64,000 nt of DNA from Mobula hypostoma (lineage: Eukaryota). Location: positions 32,242,001 to 32,306,000 of the forward strand of contig NC_086109.1 of NCBI RefSeq assembly GCF_963921235.1, read 5' to 3'. Position numbers and translations under genes: made by a program. The notes under the pieces were generated by a model. That model had not been told where the DNA came from, did not search any database, and saw only the letters and a list, made by a program, of their open reading frames with translations. Below, one piece after another: positions 13,250 to 26,200 of this stretch (positions within the stretch are counted from its first letter, which is position 1; each line of letters opens with the position of its first letter).

Positions 13250-14027
13250 ATTTAATTCTCAAGAGAAAATATAGCCTCAGACAGTTGGATTGTAATAGAT
13301 CAGAGGTAAAAGTACAGTTTTGCAATTGTCAATTCTCTTTTTTTTCAACCATTACAGCTCTTATAAACAGTACTAGAAAGCAAATAATCTTACTTTCTAC
13401 AATAAATACAACATGAACATCCTGTGTTTCACAGTGGACACGCAGCTAATTTTAGGTCCCTAGGTATGTCAACGTCATTGATATAATAGCCCGAATACAT
13501 TAAAAACCAAAATCAAAATGCAATAAAAAATGTTTTAAAGTTGAACTACACAGTATACACAGGTCACAAGTCCACTGCATTTTAACAGAACAAATACTTT
13601 CAAACGTCAAATGGTATTGTTTCTCAAATAAATTACAGTGTGTGCGTACAAAACCCATTACCATCACAGAGAAGCTAAAGATTCTGATCTGCAGCCTTGA
13701 ATAATTTAGTGTATAACAATATAATACAATTATATACATGTTTTCTCTTCCCCTTGGCGTCCACACAAAAGGCATTATAAACACTATGAACAGGTATTTG
13801 TAAATTTAAAGCATGATTTATGTTTAAATGAAGTAAACATGACAACAAGTCAAAGAAAGGTCATACAAGAATTGGCAGTACCAGAGGCTTTGTGTTGATC
13901 TGCTTAAAAGTATGAAAAAATAAAGAAAGTGAATTTAGTTTTTACAATGAGCAGAAATTAAGTTCTTTGATGCCTGATGTTACATCATACCATCTCCTTT
14001 CGTAACTTTGGTTATGTTTTATCACAG
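13250..14027 (-). promoter_or_regulatory. Probable BRPF3 3' UTR (distal end uncertain)
   Basis: U-rich sense sequence after the stop, with no repeat I recognise. Pumilio-type TGTATATA at 13738-13731, TGTATTTATT at 13410-13401, candidate ATTAAA signal at 13256-13251. I found no canonical AATAAA nearby. Confidence 0.45.
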
Positions 14028-14211
14028 TCACATGTAGTTTGAGGTGAGAAAGCCATGTTCTCCACGTACTCTGCTCAAATGGATCATTGCTCGGTCATAA
14101 GCAATTTGAACAGATTTCCGGATGCTTGATTTACGTCCTTCCATCATTTTCAATTTGTCCACCGTGTCATCAATACCAAGAGGAAGTAACTTTGAACGAG
14201 GAAGCCACTGC
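14028..14211 (-). CDS. BRPF3: BRPF3 last coding exon, 184 nt to stop ([60 protein letters not shown])
   Basis: Acceptor taacag, TGA at 14030-14028. Confidence 0.96.
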
Positions 14212-17200
14212 CTGTTAATTAATACATCAGATTAGAACACTTCCAAAACACTGATCAGGAACTATTTCAGTTTATCGATGTTGAATATAACATAATTGGA
14301 AATTTTGAAAAATTGGACCCAAATGGTTGGGGAAGGGCATAATGCACGTTCATGCAAGCTAGCTGCATAGAACAGACACTATTCATACAGTCCCTCATTG
14401 TACAAAATGATGAGGTACCAAGACAATATTCTGGGCTAAGGACACAGGTCTCTTTACTGTCATTAGCCTACTATTTGTAAAGTTGTTAAAAATTACATTA
14501 TGATTAGTTGGACGACTTTATTAGTTTGGCACAAATACTCATTTTTAGATGTAGTTATTTCTTTTCTCCAAACAAAGACTTAGAAAATCCTAAGTAACCT
14601 CCTCCCCGCCACCCCAAAGAATGGTTTGGGAGATCTATTTCCCTTTCATACTCCATTGAGAGTCCTAACAATGATCATATTAAGTATTTCTAGGCAAATG
14701 GGTCTGAAAGGAGAATTTTTTTTGATCCTCCATGGCATTGTTAAGACATTAGTCTGGGATTGTCGTGTGTAAATTAATCTTAATGCAAGGGTACGGAGTA
14801 AAGCCAAAGGCACATCATTACAGAGCATGACACAACTATTAAATCATGTTACATCAGAGCTTTATTGGAAGTCAGTCAAGCTGCAAGCTTTCCTGACAGC
14901 TGATTCTAAATATACTTGCATCCGATATTATTTCCACTGAGAAGGTAGAAAATTTTTATTTCTTTATCCAGTGAGAAAAATCTTTAAGTAGCAGATTTTT
15001 TTTTATTATTTGAAAGATTGCTTAGTGACAGATCAACACAGTTTGTAAACCCCACCTTCCATTAGGTTGTAGGGAGAGTTGCAGAATGCCACATGCAGTT
15101 GTGTTGTCATGAGTGCCCACTAATGCTTACTGAAGTTGAGCTTCTGTCCATCAGAGTCTGGGGAATGCTATAAAACCTAGGACTAAGAAGTCCCTATGTA
15201 CAGGTATATCTGACAACACAAATCAACTGCATAGATAGATGGACATATACCCAAAACATACTAATAAATTATTTAAAATCAGTAAACAGAAAGGGGCTAA
15301 AATACAGTAAATACAGTTCAAGAATCATATTTTTTATAGTTTTTCTTACCATGTTCTTTTGTTGTCAAAAAACAGAACTAGATAAAGCTTCTCTCCAGCT
15401 TCAGCGTGCATTTGCTCTCCTAGTTTTACTACATCCAGTGGAGGTACAGGTATCGGGACACCATTGTGATATAATCCATCTCGAGGCATATTCGGATCTA
15501 TGATCTACAAGTTGAAATGTTACAGAAAATAATAAAAAAATGTTTTGTATTTGTAAAATGCCAATCATGAGCTCAGGATCTCTCAATCTCTTCACACTTA
15601 GTCAATTCTTCTGTGATGCAATTAGAATATGGCACAGTCCCACAAATGAGATCAATGGCAAGTTCATTAATTTTCACAATGCTGGTTACAGGGATTCTTC
15701 GAGTTTTCTTTAAAAGTACTGTAAAATATTATTTTACACCTCTGTGAAGGGTAAAGGGAGCCTTAGTCCAAGGTCACATCTAAAATATAGCATTTCTAGT
15801 AATGCAGCCTACAAAGATTTGAGAGTTTCACCTGGATGAAACAATAAATACCACTACACACCACTTCTAACCTATTCTAAACAAGTGTCAATACCCAATT
15901 TTTAATTTGTGCAGTTCTCTTTAGAAGTAGCCATTCAATTCACAAAATTAATAAAGGCATCTTTGCTGAAAAATGACAGCAGAATTCTGGTTATTTTAAG
16001 ACATCTAGATAGTTATTTAAAATTATTTTCATGATCCTTAGAGGAAAATATGATCAACATGAAATCACAGAAGTCTACGTTGCCTCAAAATACGAAAACA
16101 GGATAAGATAATTCATTCAACGCTGTTATTTTCATCTGTCACGTATTAGTAGCATTATTCCTTTACAAATGTCAAGATATATTAATAAGAAAACAAACAA
16201 ATTTGACTTACTAGTGCTGGATAAGAAGGGTACCCTCTACATTTGGCCCAAACTAGTTCTAGAGGTTCTAAAACAGCATCATTCTCAAAAGGTGTCCAGA
16301 CTCCTCTCCCTATAAAAATACAAGGACAAAACAATAGGAGCATTTATTATATTATCAAGTAATTTTTATGAGTTCACACTTTTTAAGAAGAAGCAACATG
16401 CATCAGAAAAATACATCTCAAATAAATATGGAACTAATTGATGCTTACAGGAAAAAAAACTGCACTGTCGTAAATTTGATTTATTTCCATTTGCCTTTTC
16501 TAAACAAAAGTCTGCATATGTCCTGTTTAATTAAAACAGCATTTATTTTTACTATCTCTTAATTGTACTGAAGTCTTGTTGAAACAGCGATCATAACTAG
16601 AAAGATGCCCATTAAATAAACCAGTTCAAAGCTTTGGACCTTTTAACCTTTTTCTTCATAAAAGCTAAATAATGGGATCTACAGCAAAAAAGAAACATAC
16701 AATTCCATACTGCAGTGACAAACAAGAGGAAAATCTGCAGATGTTGGAAATCCAAAATGCTCAAAATGCTGGATGAACTCAGCAGACCAGGCAGCATCTA
16801 TGAAAAAGAGTAGAGTCAACGTTTTGGGGTGAGATCCTTCAGCAGGACTGGAGAAAAAAAGACGAGGAGTAAAGTTAAAGGGTGGGGGGAGGGGAGGAAG
16901 AAACACAAAGTGATAGGTGAAACCGGGAGGGGAAGAGGGGTGAAGTAAAGAGCTAGGGAAATGATTGGTGAAGGGCTGGAGAAGGGGGGAGTCTGAGGTG
17001 AGGACAGAAGGCCATGGAAGAAAGAAAAAGGGGGAGGAGCACCAAGGGAGGTAAGGTGAGAGAGGAAAAAGGGGGATGGGGAATTGAGAGGGGAGGGCCA
17101 TTACCAGAAGTTTGAGAAATCGATGATCTCCCAGTGGCTACCCATCTTAATTCCATTTCCCATTCTGATATGTCAATCCAGGGCCTCCTCTACTGTCATG

Positions 17201-20200
17201 ATGAGGCCACATTCAGGTTGAAGGAGCAACACCTTATACAGGTTTCCCCCGCCATCCGAAGATAGAGCGTTCCTATGAAACGGTTCGTAAGCCGGAAAGT
17301 CATAAAGCGAAGAAGCACTTACCATTTATTTATATGGGAAAAATTTGTGAGTGTTCGCAGACCCAAAAATAACCTACCAAATCATGCCACATAACACATA
17401 AAACCTAAAATAACAGTAACATATAGTAAAAGCAGGAATGATATAATAAATACACAGCCTATATAAAGTAGAAATACTTCTCTACAACCATTGCCTGCAC
17501 TGTTCTCCGTGGCGAAAATCTCACGCAAGCACTCTCAGCAGAAACACTCGCTCCAGTAACCTTTAAGCTATGAAGCTGCCAAATCATACCAAATAACACC
17601 TAAAAATACACAGTCTATATAAAGTAGAAATAATGTATGTACAGTGTAGTATCGCTTACAGGAATCGGGAAGACATCGAGCACACTGAAGATGGTGTGTT
17701 AGGCTGAGTCATCGGAGGTTGGGGTGGTGCAGTGGCCCCCACCCTCCAGGCCACCAACCAATACCGATTCGCGGAGAATGCAGCGGTAGCCGGGACGCAC
17801 CCAGCACATCTTTAAGAAAAAAGCCGAAATAAACAAGCTAATTAATTAGGTGCTGCCCGGCACGTAAATGTCGGCCCAGATCAGAGGCAACGCAATTGGC
17901 AATCGCCTCTGATCTGGGCCGACTTTTACGTGCCGGGCGGCAGGTAATTAATTAGCTTGTTTTTTTCGGCTTTTTTCTTAAAGATGTGCTGGGTGTGTCC
18001 CGGCTACCGCTGCATTCTCCGTGAATCAGTATCTGTCCGCAGCCTGGGGGTTGGGGTGGTGGGACACTGGGGTGTCGTCTCATCGTTGATCAGGGCAGGC
18101 AGGTCATCTTCTTCTATGTCTACCTGTCTCGATGTCGAAGGTCGAGGTTCATCATCTGCTGAAGGCTTGCTTGACTGCTAGCCTCGTGCATTTTTCTATC
18201 ATACAGTTCTTTGTAAGCATTCAAACCATCTTGCAAATATGCCCTAAGCCAACGTACCCTTTCAAAATTAAAGTCGTACTTTATCATTGTAGCGAAAATC
18301 TCACGCAGTTGCATCGTGTTCAGTTCCTGGACGACTTCACTTTCGGTCTGTTCACTACTGCATTCGGTTTCGATTGTTATCCTTTCCTCTTCCAATTGCA
18401 TCAGCTCTTCATCTATCAGTTCTTGGTCATGGGATGCCACAACCTCTTCAACAACATCTTCGTCAACTTCTACAAGCCAAACTCACTTTGTCCTTGCTTC
18501 GTTCACCATGATCGAAACGCTTAATTATGTCTAGTTTTTCGCTAAGTGTAACACCCTTACAAGCTCTTTTAGGCTTTTCCGATACCTTAGAACTCATCTT
18601 GCTAACGGCTGCTCACAGGCACGTGTTTAAGCAATGCCGGTGAGAATGCCGTTCCGAATCTGGGTGAGAGCGGCCACTGTTTTCGTGTGCTTTTTCCATC
18701 CACTGCCTTTTTTCGTAAGTGAAAACACCTTCTGTTAGCGAAAACCGGGAACTAATGTAGGTCTTTTGTAACAGTGAGGTTTCCTAAAGCGAAGGTTCGA
18801 AAAGCAGGAGACACCCGTATTCCCATCTGGGAAGCCTCCAACCTGATGGCATGAACATCGACTTCTCGAACTTCTCCAGCCTTGTATTTCTTTCACCAAT
18901 CAACTGCCTAGTTCTGAACTTCACCCCTACCCCCCTCCTAGTTTCACCTATCACCTTATGTTTCTTCTCCCCCCCCCCACCCCCAACAAGCTAACTGTGA
19001 CTCATCCTTTTTTTCTCCCATCCTGCTGAAGGGTCTTGGCCTGAAACATCAACTGTTCTCTTTTCCACAGATGTTGCCTGGCCTACTGAGTTCCTCCAGC
19101 ACTTTATGTGTGTTTCATACTACAATGAACATTTTATGAAAAACTATTTTGCAAATTCTGCAATGCAATCATATTTAAAAGCATCAGAACACATATTGCA
19201 AGAAATATTAGGAAAGGTACATAGGATGCTAAATTTCCCAAGTCACTTGTCTTTTACTCATTGAGATGTCTTACTAAGACATAGTAACAGGAGGAACTGT
19301 GCATTCATAGAATTATAAAAACAGGCTTTCCTTACCCTTATGGCAGGTTTTGCACAGCTTCATTAACAACAGCAATTTCAATGCTAAATATTTCTTATAT
19401 CTTTATTCTTACAGTCAATTAATTCTAAGTATGAAGTACCTATTGCTATGCAATATACCTGATGTACTGTAATCTCCACATGATGCATCTCCATTCCCAT
19501 TGTCAAGACAATGTGCTCGAGCGAGAGCTGGTTTCCCTCGGCTACGTTTGGGTGGAGACATGCCACTAAAACAGGAAAAACAATACCAATGGTTTTAATA
19601 AAGATAATTGATAAAAAAAAAAGTACCTTGAAAACCTGTTTTCAAAGGAAATAAATCAACAAATATAAAGTAGCATACTGGAGTAATCCACAGACAGGAG
19701 TACTGATGGGGGTACATAGTGAAAGATTATTTTGCCATACAATATGGAATATATCTGTTACACATCCTATGATTCCAAATAACTTTTGCACACACTATAT
19801 GATAGATTTCCCTGATAATTCCAGAATGAGACCATAAGACATAGGAGCAGAATCAGGTTATTTAGCACATTGAATCTGCTTCCCCATTCCATCACGGTTC
19901 ATTTATTATCCCCCTTAATCCCATTCTTCCGTGTTCTCCCCTTAACCTTTGATACACCTACTAATCAAGAACCTATCAATCTGTTTTAAATATACAAGGT
20001 GACTTGACCTCCACAGCTGTCCGTGGCAATGAATTACATAGATTAACCATCCTCTATTTAAAGAAATTCCTCCTCATCTTTGTTCTAAAAGGACTTCCTT
20101 GTGCTCTGAGGCTATACCCTCTGGTTCTTGACTCTCACACTATTGGAATCATCCTCTCCATTCTGTCTAAACCTTCCAATGTTCAATAGGTTGCAAAGAG

Positions 20201-23200
20201 ATCTCTGCCTCATTCCTCTAAACTCTAGCGAGTAATGGTCAAGAGCCATCAAATGCTCTTCATATGTTAACTCCTTCATTTCTGGGTTAAGTCTTGTGAA
20301 CCTCCTCTGGACCCTCTCCAGTGCCAGCACATCCTTTCTTGGATAAGGGGTCCAAAACTGCTCACCATATTCCAAATGCGATATGACCACTGCTTTCTAA
20401 AGCCTCCGCATAAAATAAGTCATTGCTTTTATATTCTAGTCCTCTTAAAATGAATGTTGACATTGTATTTGCCTTCCTTACTACCCACTCAACCTGCAAG
20501 TTAACCTTTAGGGAATCCTGCACTAGGACTCCCAAGTCCCTTTGCACTTCTGATTTCTTAATTTGCTCTCTGTTTAGAAAATGTTTCACACCTTTATTCC
20601 TTCTACCAAAGTGCATGACCATACACTTCCACACGTTGTATTCCACCTGTTACTTCTTTATCCATTCTCCTAACCTGTCCAAGTCCTTCTGCAGACTCCC
20701 TGCTTCCTCACCACTACCTGTCCCTCTACCTATCCTTGCATTGCCCGTAAAGTTGGCCACAAAGCTTTCAATGCCATCACCCAGATCATTGACATATAAC
20801 ATGAATGAAAAGAAGTGGCCCAACACCGGCTCCTACAGAATCTCACTAGTCACTGGCAGCCAACCAGAAAGGGCCTCCCTTATTCCTAATAGTCAGCCAA
20901 TCTTTTATCTATGCTAGCATCTCTCCTGTAGTAATAGCACGTGCTCTTATCTTGTTTAGTTATATACATGTATATGTTTTGTATGTTATGGCAACTGTAA
21001 CAATTTATTCTACATATAACATTTTGTTATTGAGTAGCAGCTCAAAATATTGAAGCTTACTAATTACTATAAATAAAGTTACATGAGTAACATAGCCATG
21101 GATAATTGTGTAGCATCTATACCCAATTAAAGGAATTCTGTGTAAGAAAGCACTAAGTAACTTGATAATTATTTAACATACTAGGCATTAACATGTTGCT
21201 AAGGCGCTTGGCGCGCTAAATGGGAGAATTCCTTTTCTTGACTTTTCTCTATTGTTGTACAAGGAAAAAGTTACTTTGCCTTATACACCAAAAATAACTA
21301 GGGACAAGGTTTAAATAAGTTGACAAAAGACAATGTCATAATGTTGGTGTCCTAAAGCTGTTTCAGTCTTTGTTGAAACCTGGTCTACTGTTGGATCAAA
21401 GTATTATTATGTAATGCACTTCAGGAAGAGGCAATCCAAGTTTGGCTATAAACTATAGGGTTTATTCTTTAAATATCTATTCAAGGATTTTATGTTTTAT
21501 CAACAAGTAAAAATCCAATAACCCATATACTGTAGTACTTTTGCAGAAGCTTTGTAAAGGCAAAATATTTGTGTAACATTTATGTATGAATGTTTTTATT
21601 CTCCTTTCATTTTAAAGCACAAAATATAATATTCAAATTATAGAAGTTTTCAATCATAACCTTCTCTATGGTTAAGACAATCAAGTATAAAGTTGAAAGC
21701 TAAAAAAACATTTTCCTTAAACAGATCACACCTAACACAAACTATTAGGAAATATTTACTGCAGAATATCAGAATGCCTGCTTATGAAACAATAGAAAAG
21801 GCTGCAGTATTAAAATATGATGATATATCTGCCCTTTGCCGAAATAGTGTTTCTGATTTCATTATTATCAGACTCTCAGTACTACTCAACTGGGAATGGG
21901 AAAACACGAGAAGTGTACCAAACTTAAATCACAGAGCCACTTTAATAGGTCAAAAATAGACTAAAAGAGGTTGGTGGGCATCACCCTTTCTGTCAGATAC
22001 CAGTTGTCTTATCAAGTACTTCAATATTTATTAAGACATCCATAACAATTTTTAATACTATTATTTAAGCTGTAATGATGTACTTGGAATGAAATAGGGA
22101 TTTTTAAAATTTGTTGCAACTAGTTTTGACCTCAGCTATCAACATAAGATGTAGCATAGTTTATTGTCAAGATTGGGTTCCTCCATTAAAACTATATAAC
22201 ATCTACAAAGGCACATCATTCATCTGCATTATAATATGACCAAATAAGTTATTCAGCAAAATATGCACAAGAGTAACATGTTCATTTCCTGCATCAGCCA
22301 TCCTTATAAAATCTAAAAGCCAAATTTAAATTTGGTAATTGTATCACAAGTCAATATGGGAACAAACAAATAAAAGAGACTGTTTTCAATTTGTGAAGTG
22401 GAAAGAAAGCCTTTGGGTTCACTGATCTACAAATGTTAAGTATTTAAATAATTTGTATGAACACACACTTCATCACATGCATGACAGACCGGATAACTCT
22501 AGAGCATTTCAAAGTTTTAGTAAGTACCTGTTATTATCAAATGCCCCATTGCTTCCAAGACTGGAACTACACTCAGAATCCGAGTAGCTTTCTACATTTG
22601 ACAACTGAGTGTGTTTTCCAAAGCCATTAGAAAGCCCTGTAAAGAAAACATACAAAACTTCACTCAAAATGGACCAACATTTTGAAGTAATGAAACCCAG
22701 AAGATTGACCTTGCCTGTTGAATATCAGCATTAGACTAAATGCAAAACAATTTCATGGTGGCTATAAGTTCAGGCTATAAATCCATTAACAGAAGGTTAA
22801 GCTGTTGACAAAGGACATTGCTAATATGGAAGACAATAAAGCGGGTTTACCTAGTTCAGCAGGAGTGCAAGGAGATTTCTCACTTTCACTGTCTGAGCTG
22901 CAGCTCAAACTTTGGGGTCGTTTTCTTGATTGACGCAAACTCTGTAGTTTTGAAAGTGTCCCTGAAGTATTCAGTGCCAATTGTTCTGTTTGGTGCTGGC
23001 TATCTCCATTCTCCATCAGCTGACCACAACCCTTCTGTAACTTTACTCCATTTTTCGCTTTCCGAAAAAGAACAGAGGTGCGCCTGCCCACTTCATTGAC
23101 AGACTGAGCTGAAGAGTCTGAGGTAGGGAGAGCTAAACCATTTACTCCACTGTCACTCAGGAGGCGCTGCAGAGTATGAGTGCCAAGGGCTTCAGTTTGT

Positions 23201-26200
23201 AGTGTTTTTCTGTTCAGAACATCACTGTCAGATTTAATTCGTTTGTGCAGTCTGCTTTGTGCCCTGCTTTCACTCACAGGTTTGAGGGTAGGAGGGTCTG
23301 TGTGGGTTTCAGAGTCTGAGGGGGAAGGTGCTGGTCCTGTAGGTTCTAATGTTGGTGGGAGGGAAGATTTAGAATCATCTGCAGATAAAAGAATAAGAAT
23401 ATAAATTATGTTTCTTCTATATTTAACCACAAATCTTTAAATATTCTCATTTGTCCATATTAACATGCACATTTTCCAAATGTTATCAAAATTGCCTGAT
23501 TATTAAAAATGAGTATTGATTAAAAATGCAGTCATGAACTGATATCCAGGAGTATTTAAAATTCAGAATTTGTTCTTTTCAATGCAATATTTTCTGTAAT
23601 ATCTGCAGAAAAGACAACTATGCATAAGCTAGGCTGCTGTTTGCAGACAGTACGACCTTCAAAATACAAAATCTCCCCCATAGCATAAAGAGATTGGAAA
23701 CTAACTTTTAACATGATGTTTGGAATGCATAACTGGCATGGTAGATTGACTGCTCATTACAGAAGCTTGGAATGAAAAATGGAAGCTATAACTTACAGAC
23801 AATCTGAAGTTGAAAATCCATCAAATGCGTGCTTTTAACAATCTATTGCCTGAACGTTTCTTTTATTTCCCTTGCCTAACTCCTGGATTATTTCCTATCC
23901 TGTTCTACTCTATTCAAAGATCCATCTTGGCATCAAATTAAATTTGAAAATGTAAATTCCAACCTATAGGTTCCACTTAAAATATGCCAAATAATTTCCA
24001 GAGAAAACAAAATGTAAAAAAATTAAACATTAAATAGCTTTCAGCTATATCTTGTCTTTTGCCATAAAAGACACAGCCATTAACGAGCTGGTCTTCGATA
24101 ACATTCCCAAAAGTATAATTTTAAATCCATCTATTTATAAAGAACAAGAACTATATCTTTTTCTGAAACATTAATCAAAAACAATAATCACATTGTCTCC
24201 TTTGAAGTCTTTCAACAAATCCATTTTAGTAACCTAAGGATCCAGAAACCTCAATATTGTACCTGAATATTCTAATCATCTGATTATAATAAATGCATGC
24301 TGTGAAATAACCCCACCTAGATCCATTGCAAAGAAGGAATCTAAAGAGCTGAATAGACTCAAGTACTTTTTTTTCCAAAAATTAATTCAGAGCTTTTGTT
24401 TCAACTACCTTACTCAGAAAACCATTCCAGGTATTAATAGGTGATATTTTGTAGTTGCTTTCAGCAGTTTCCCTCATTATATTCTGAAAATGACAGCAAT
24501 TTCAGGATTTCTGTGTATGTGTAGCTTCTTACGGAAATTCCAAAGAAGGTGGAGTGATTCAGCATCTGCACAGGCTGTGCTGCTCTGCACCTTCTCCACT
24601 GCAATCAAAGGAAATCAGTGGTGATGAAAAATTTAAGTTATTTACCAATTAGATTTGCAGTAAAATACCTGAAAGTATTACACTTTATGCATGATGTGCA
24701 TTTGAGTTTTAATGAAGTATTAAGCCACTTAACAAATTCTCTGACTCTTTAAAAAAGCTAACTTTATGTTTGTGAAGAAAATATACCACACACCTCTTTC
24801 AGTGCTTTCCTCATTGCCTTCAACTAGTGCTTTCTCATTGTCTTCCTTTGATAATTCAGAACAGTTGCCATTGTGTAGATGCTGCTGTTGTGCCAATTTA
24901 TGTCTGATGCTGTTGATTTCTCTCCTCAGCAATCTTACTCGCTTTGATCTGGCTCCACTTGACTTCATGGTACATGTTATGTCCAATTTATCTAGCAACT
25001 CTTTCAGCTGGTCCTCCAGTGACAGATGAGCTCTGTTTTCAGGTATCAGCATGTTATCCACTGAAATACAAATCAAAACAAAAACAATCCATCAATTTCT
25101 GGCAATCAATAATATTATCATTTTTAAATTTGTGCAGATGAGGTAGAAGGTACAGACTTCAGGAGAAGGAAACCAGAGGTTCATGAGCCAGTCCTCATCG
25201 GAGGATCAGAGATGGAGAGAGTTAGAAACTTTAAATTCTAAGGTGTTATTATTTCAGAGGACTTGTCCTAGGCCCAGCATGTAAGTGCAATTATGAAGAA
25301 AGCACAGCAGTGCCTCTACTTCCTTCAGAGTTTGCAGACATTCAGCATGACATCTGAAACTTTGACAAATTTCTGTAGATATGTAGTGGAGAGTATATTG
25401 ACTGACTGCAACACAGCCTGATATGGGAACACCAATGTCCTTGAAAAGAAAGTCCATAAAAAGTAGTGGATACGCCCCAGTCCATCATGGGTAACACTTT
25501 CCCCACTATTGAGCATACCTACATGAAAAGCAGATATGAGAAAGCAGCATCCATCATCAGGAGCACCCACCTCCCAGGACATGTTCTCTTCTCGCTGCTA
25601 CCATCAGGAAGAAGGTAGAACAGCCTCAGGACTTGCACCACCAGGTTCTGGAAAAGTTACTACCCCTCAACCATCAGGCTCTTGAACCAAAGGGGAGAAC
25701 CTCACTCAACTTTACTTGCTCCATCTTTGAAACGTTCCCACAACCTATTTATTGATTATTTACTTAGTTTTATTGTTTCTTCTTTTTACATTTGCACAGT
25801 TTGTTGTCTTCTGCACTCTGGTTGAACGCTATAGTTGGACAGTCTTTTTTTTGTTTCTGTTATAGTTATTATTCAATAGATTTGCTGAGTATGCCCACAA
25901 GAAAATGAATCTTGGGATTGTATATGATGACATATATGTACTTTGATAATAAAACTTGCTTTAAACTTTGAATAAAACATACAATGATGTGACTTTAAGC
26001 ATCACATTAAAGCCAACATAATCATGAAAATTCAATTGTGAAGTTAGTGGAACTTTATTAAAATAAAAAGTGATAAAAAAAATACTTGGAAAAAGCATAA
26101 TTCTACTCTTTTGCAATATCGATATTGACGTGATATAATCCTAATGGAATAGCAATTTGAAACGAGAATATTTCAATGAAAAATTACAAAAAATAACCCT

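Noticed and set aside
16815..16850. Second sense-strand hammerhead
   Set aside because: The core is mutated (CUGCUGA, and AAAA in place of GAAA), so it is expected to be inactive.
21190..21225. Isolated CpG cluster with an X-box-like GTTGCTAAGGCGC
   Set aside because: A single short imperfect motif that cannot be supported without conservation data.
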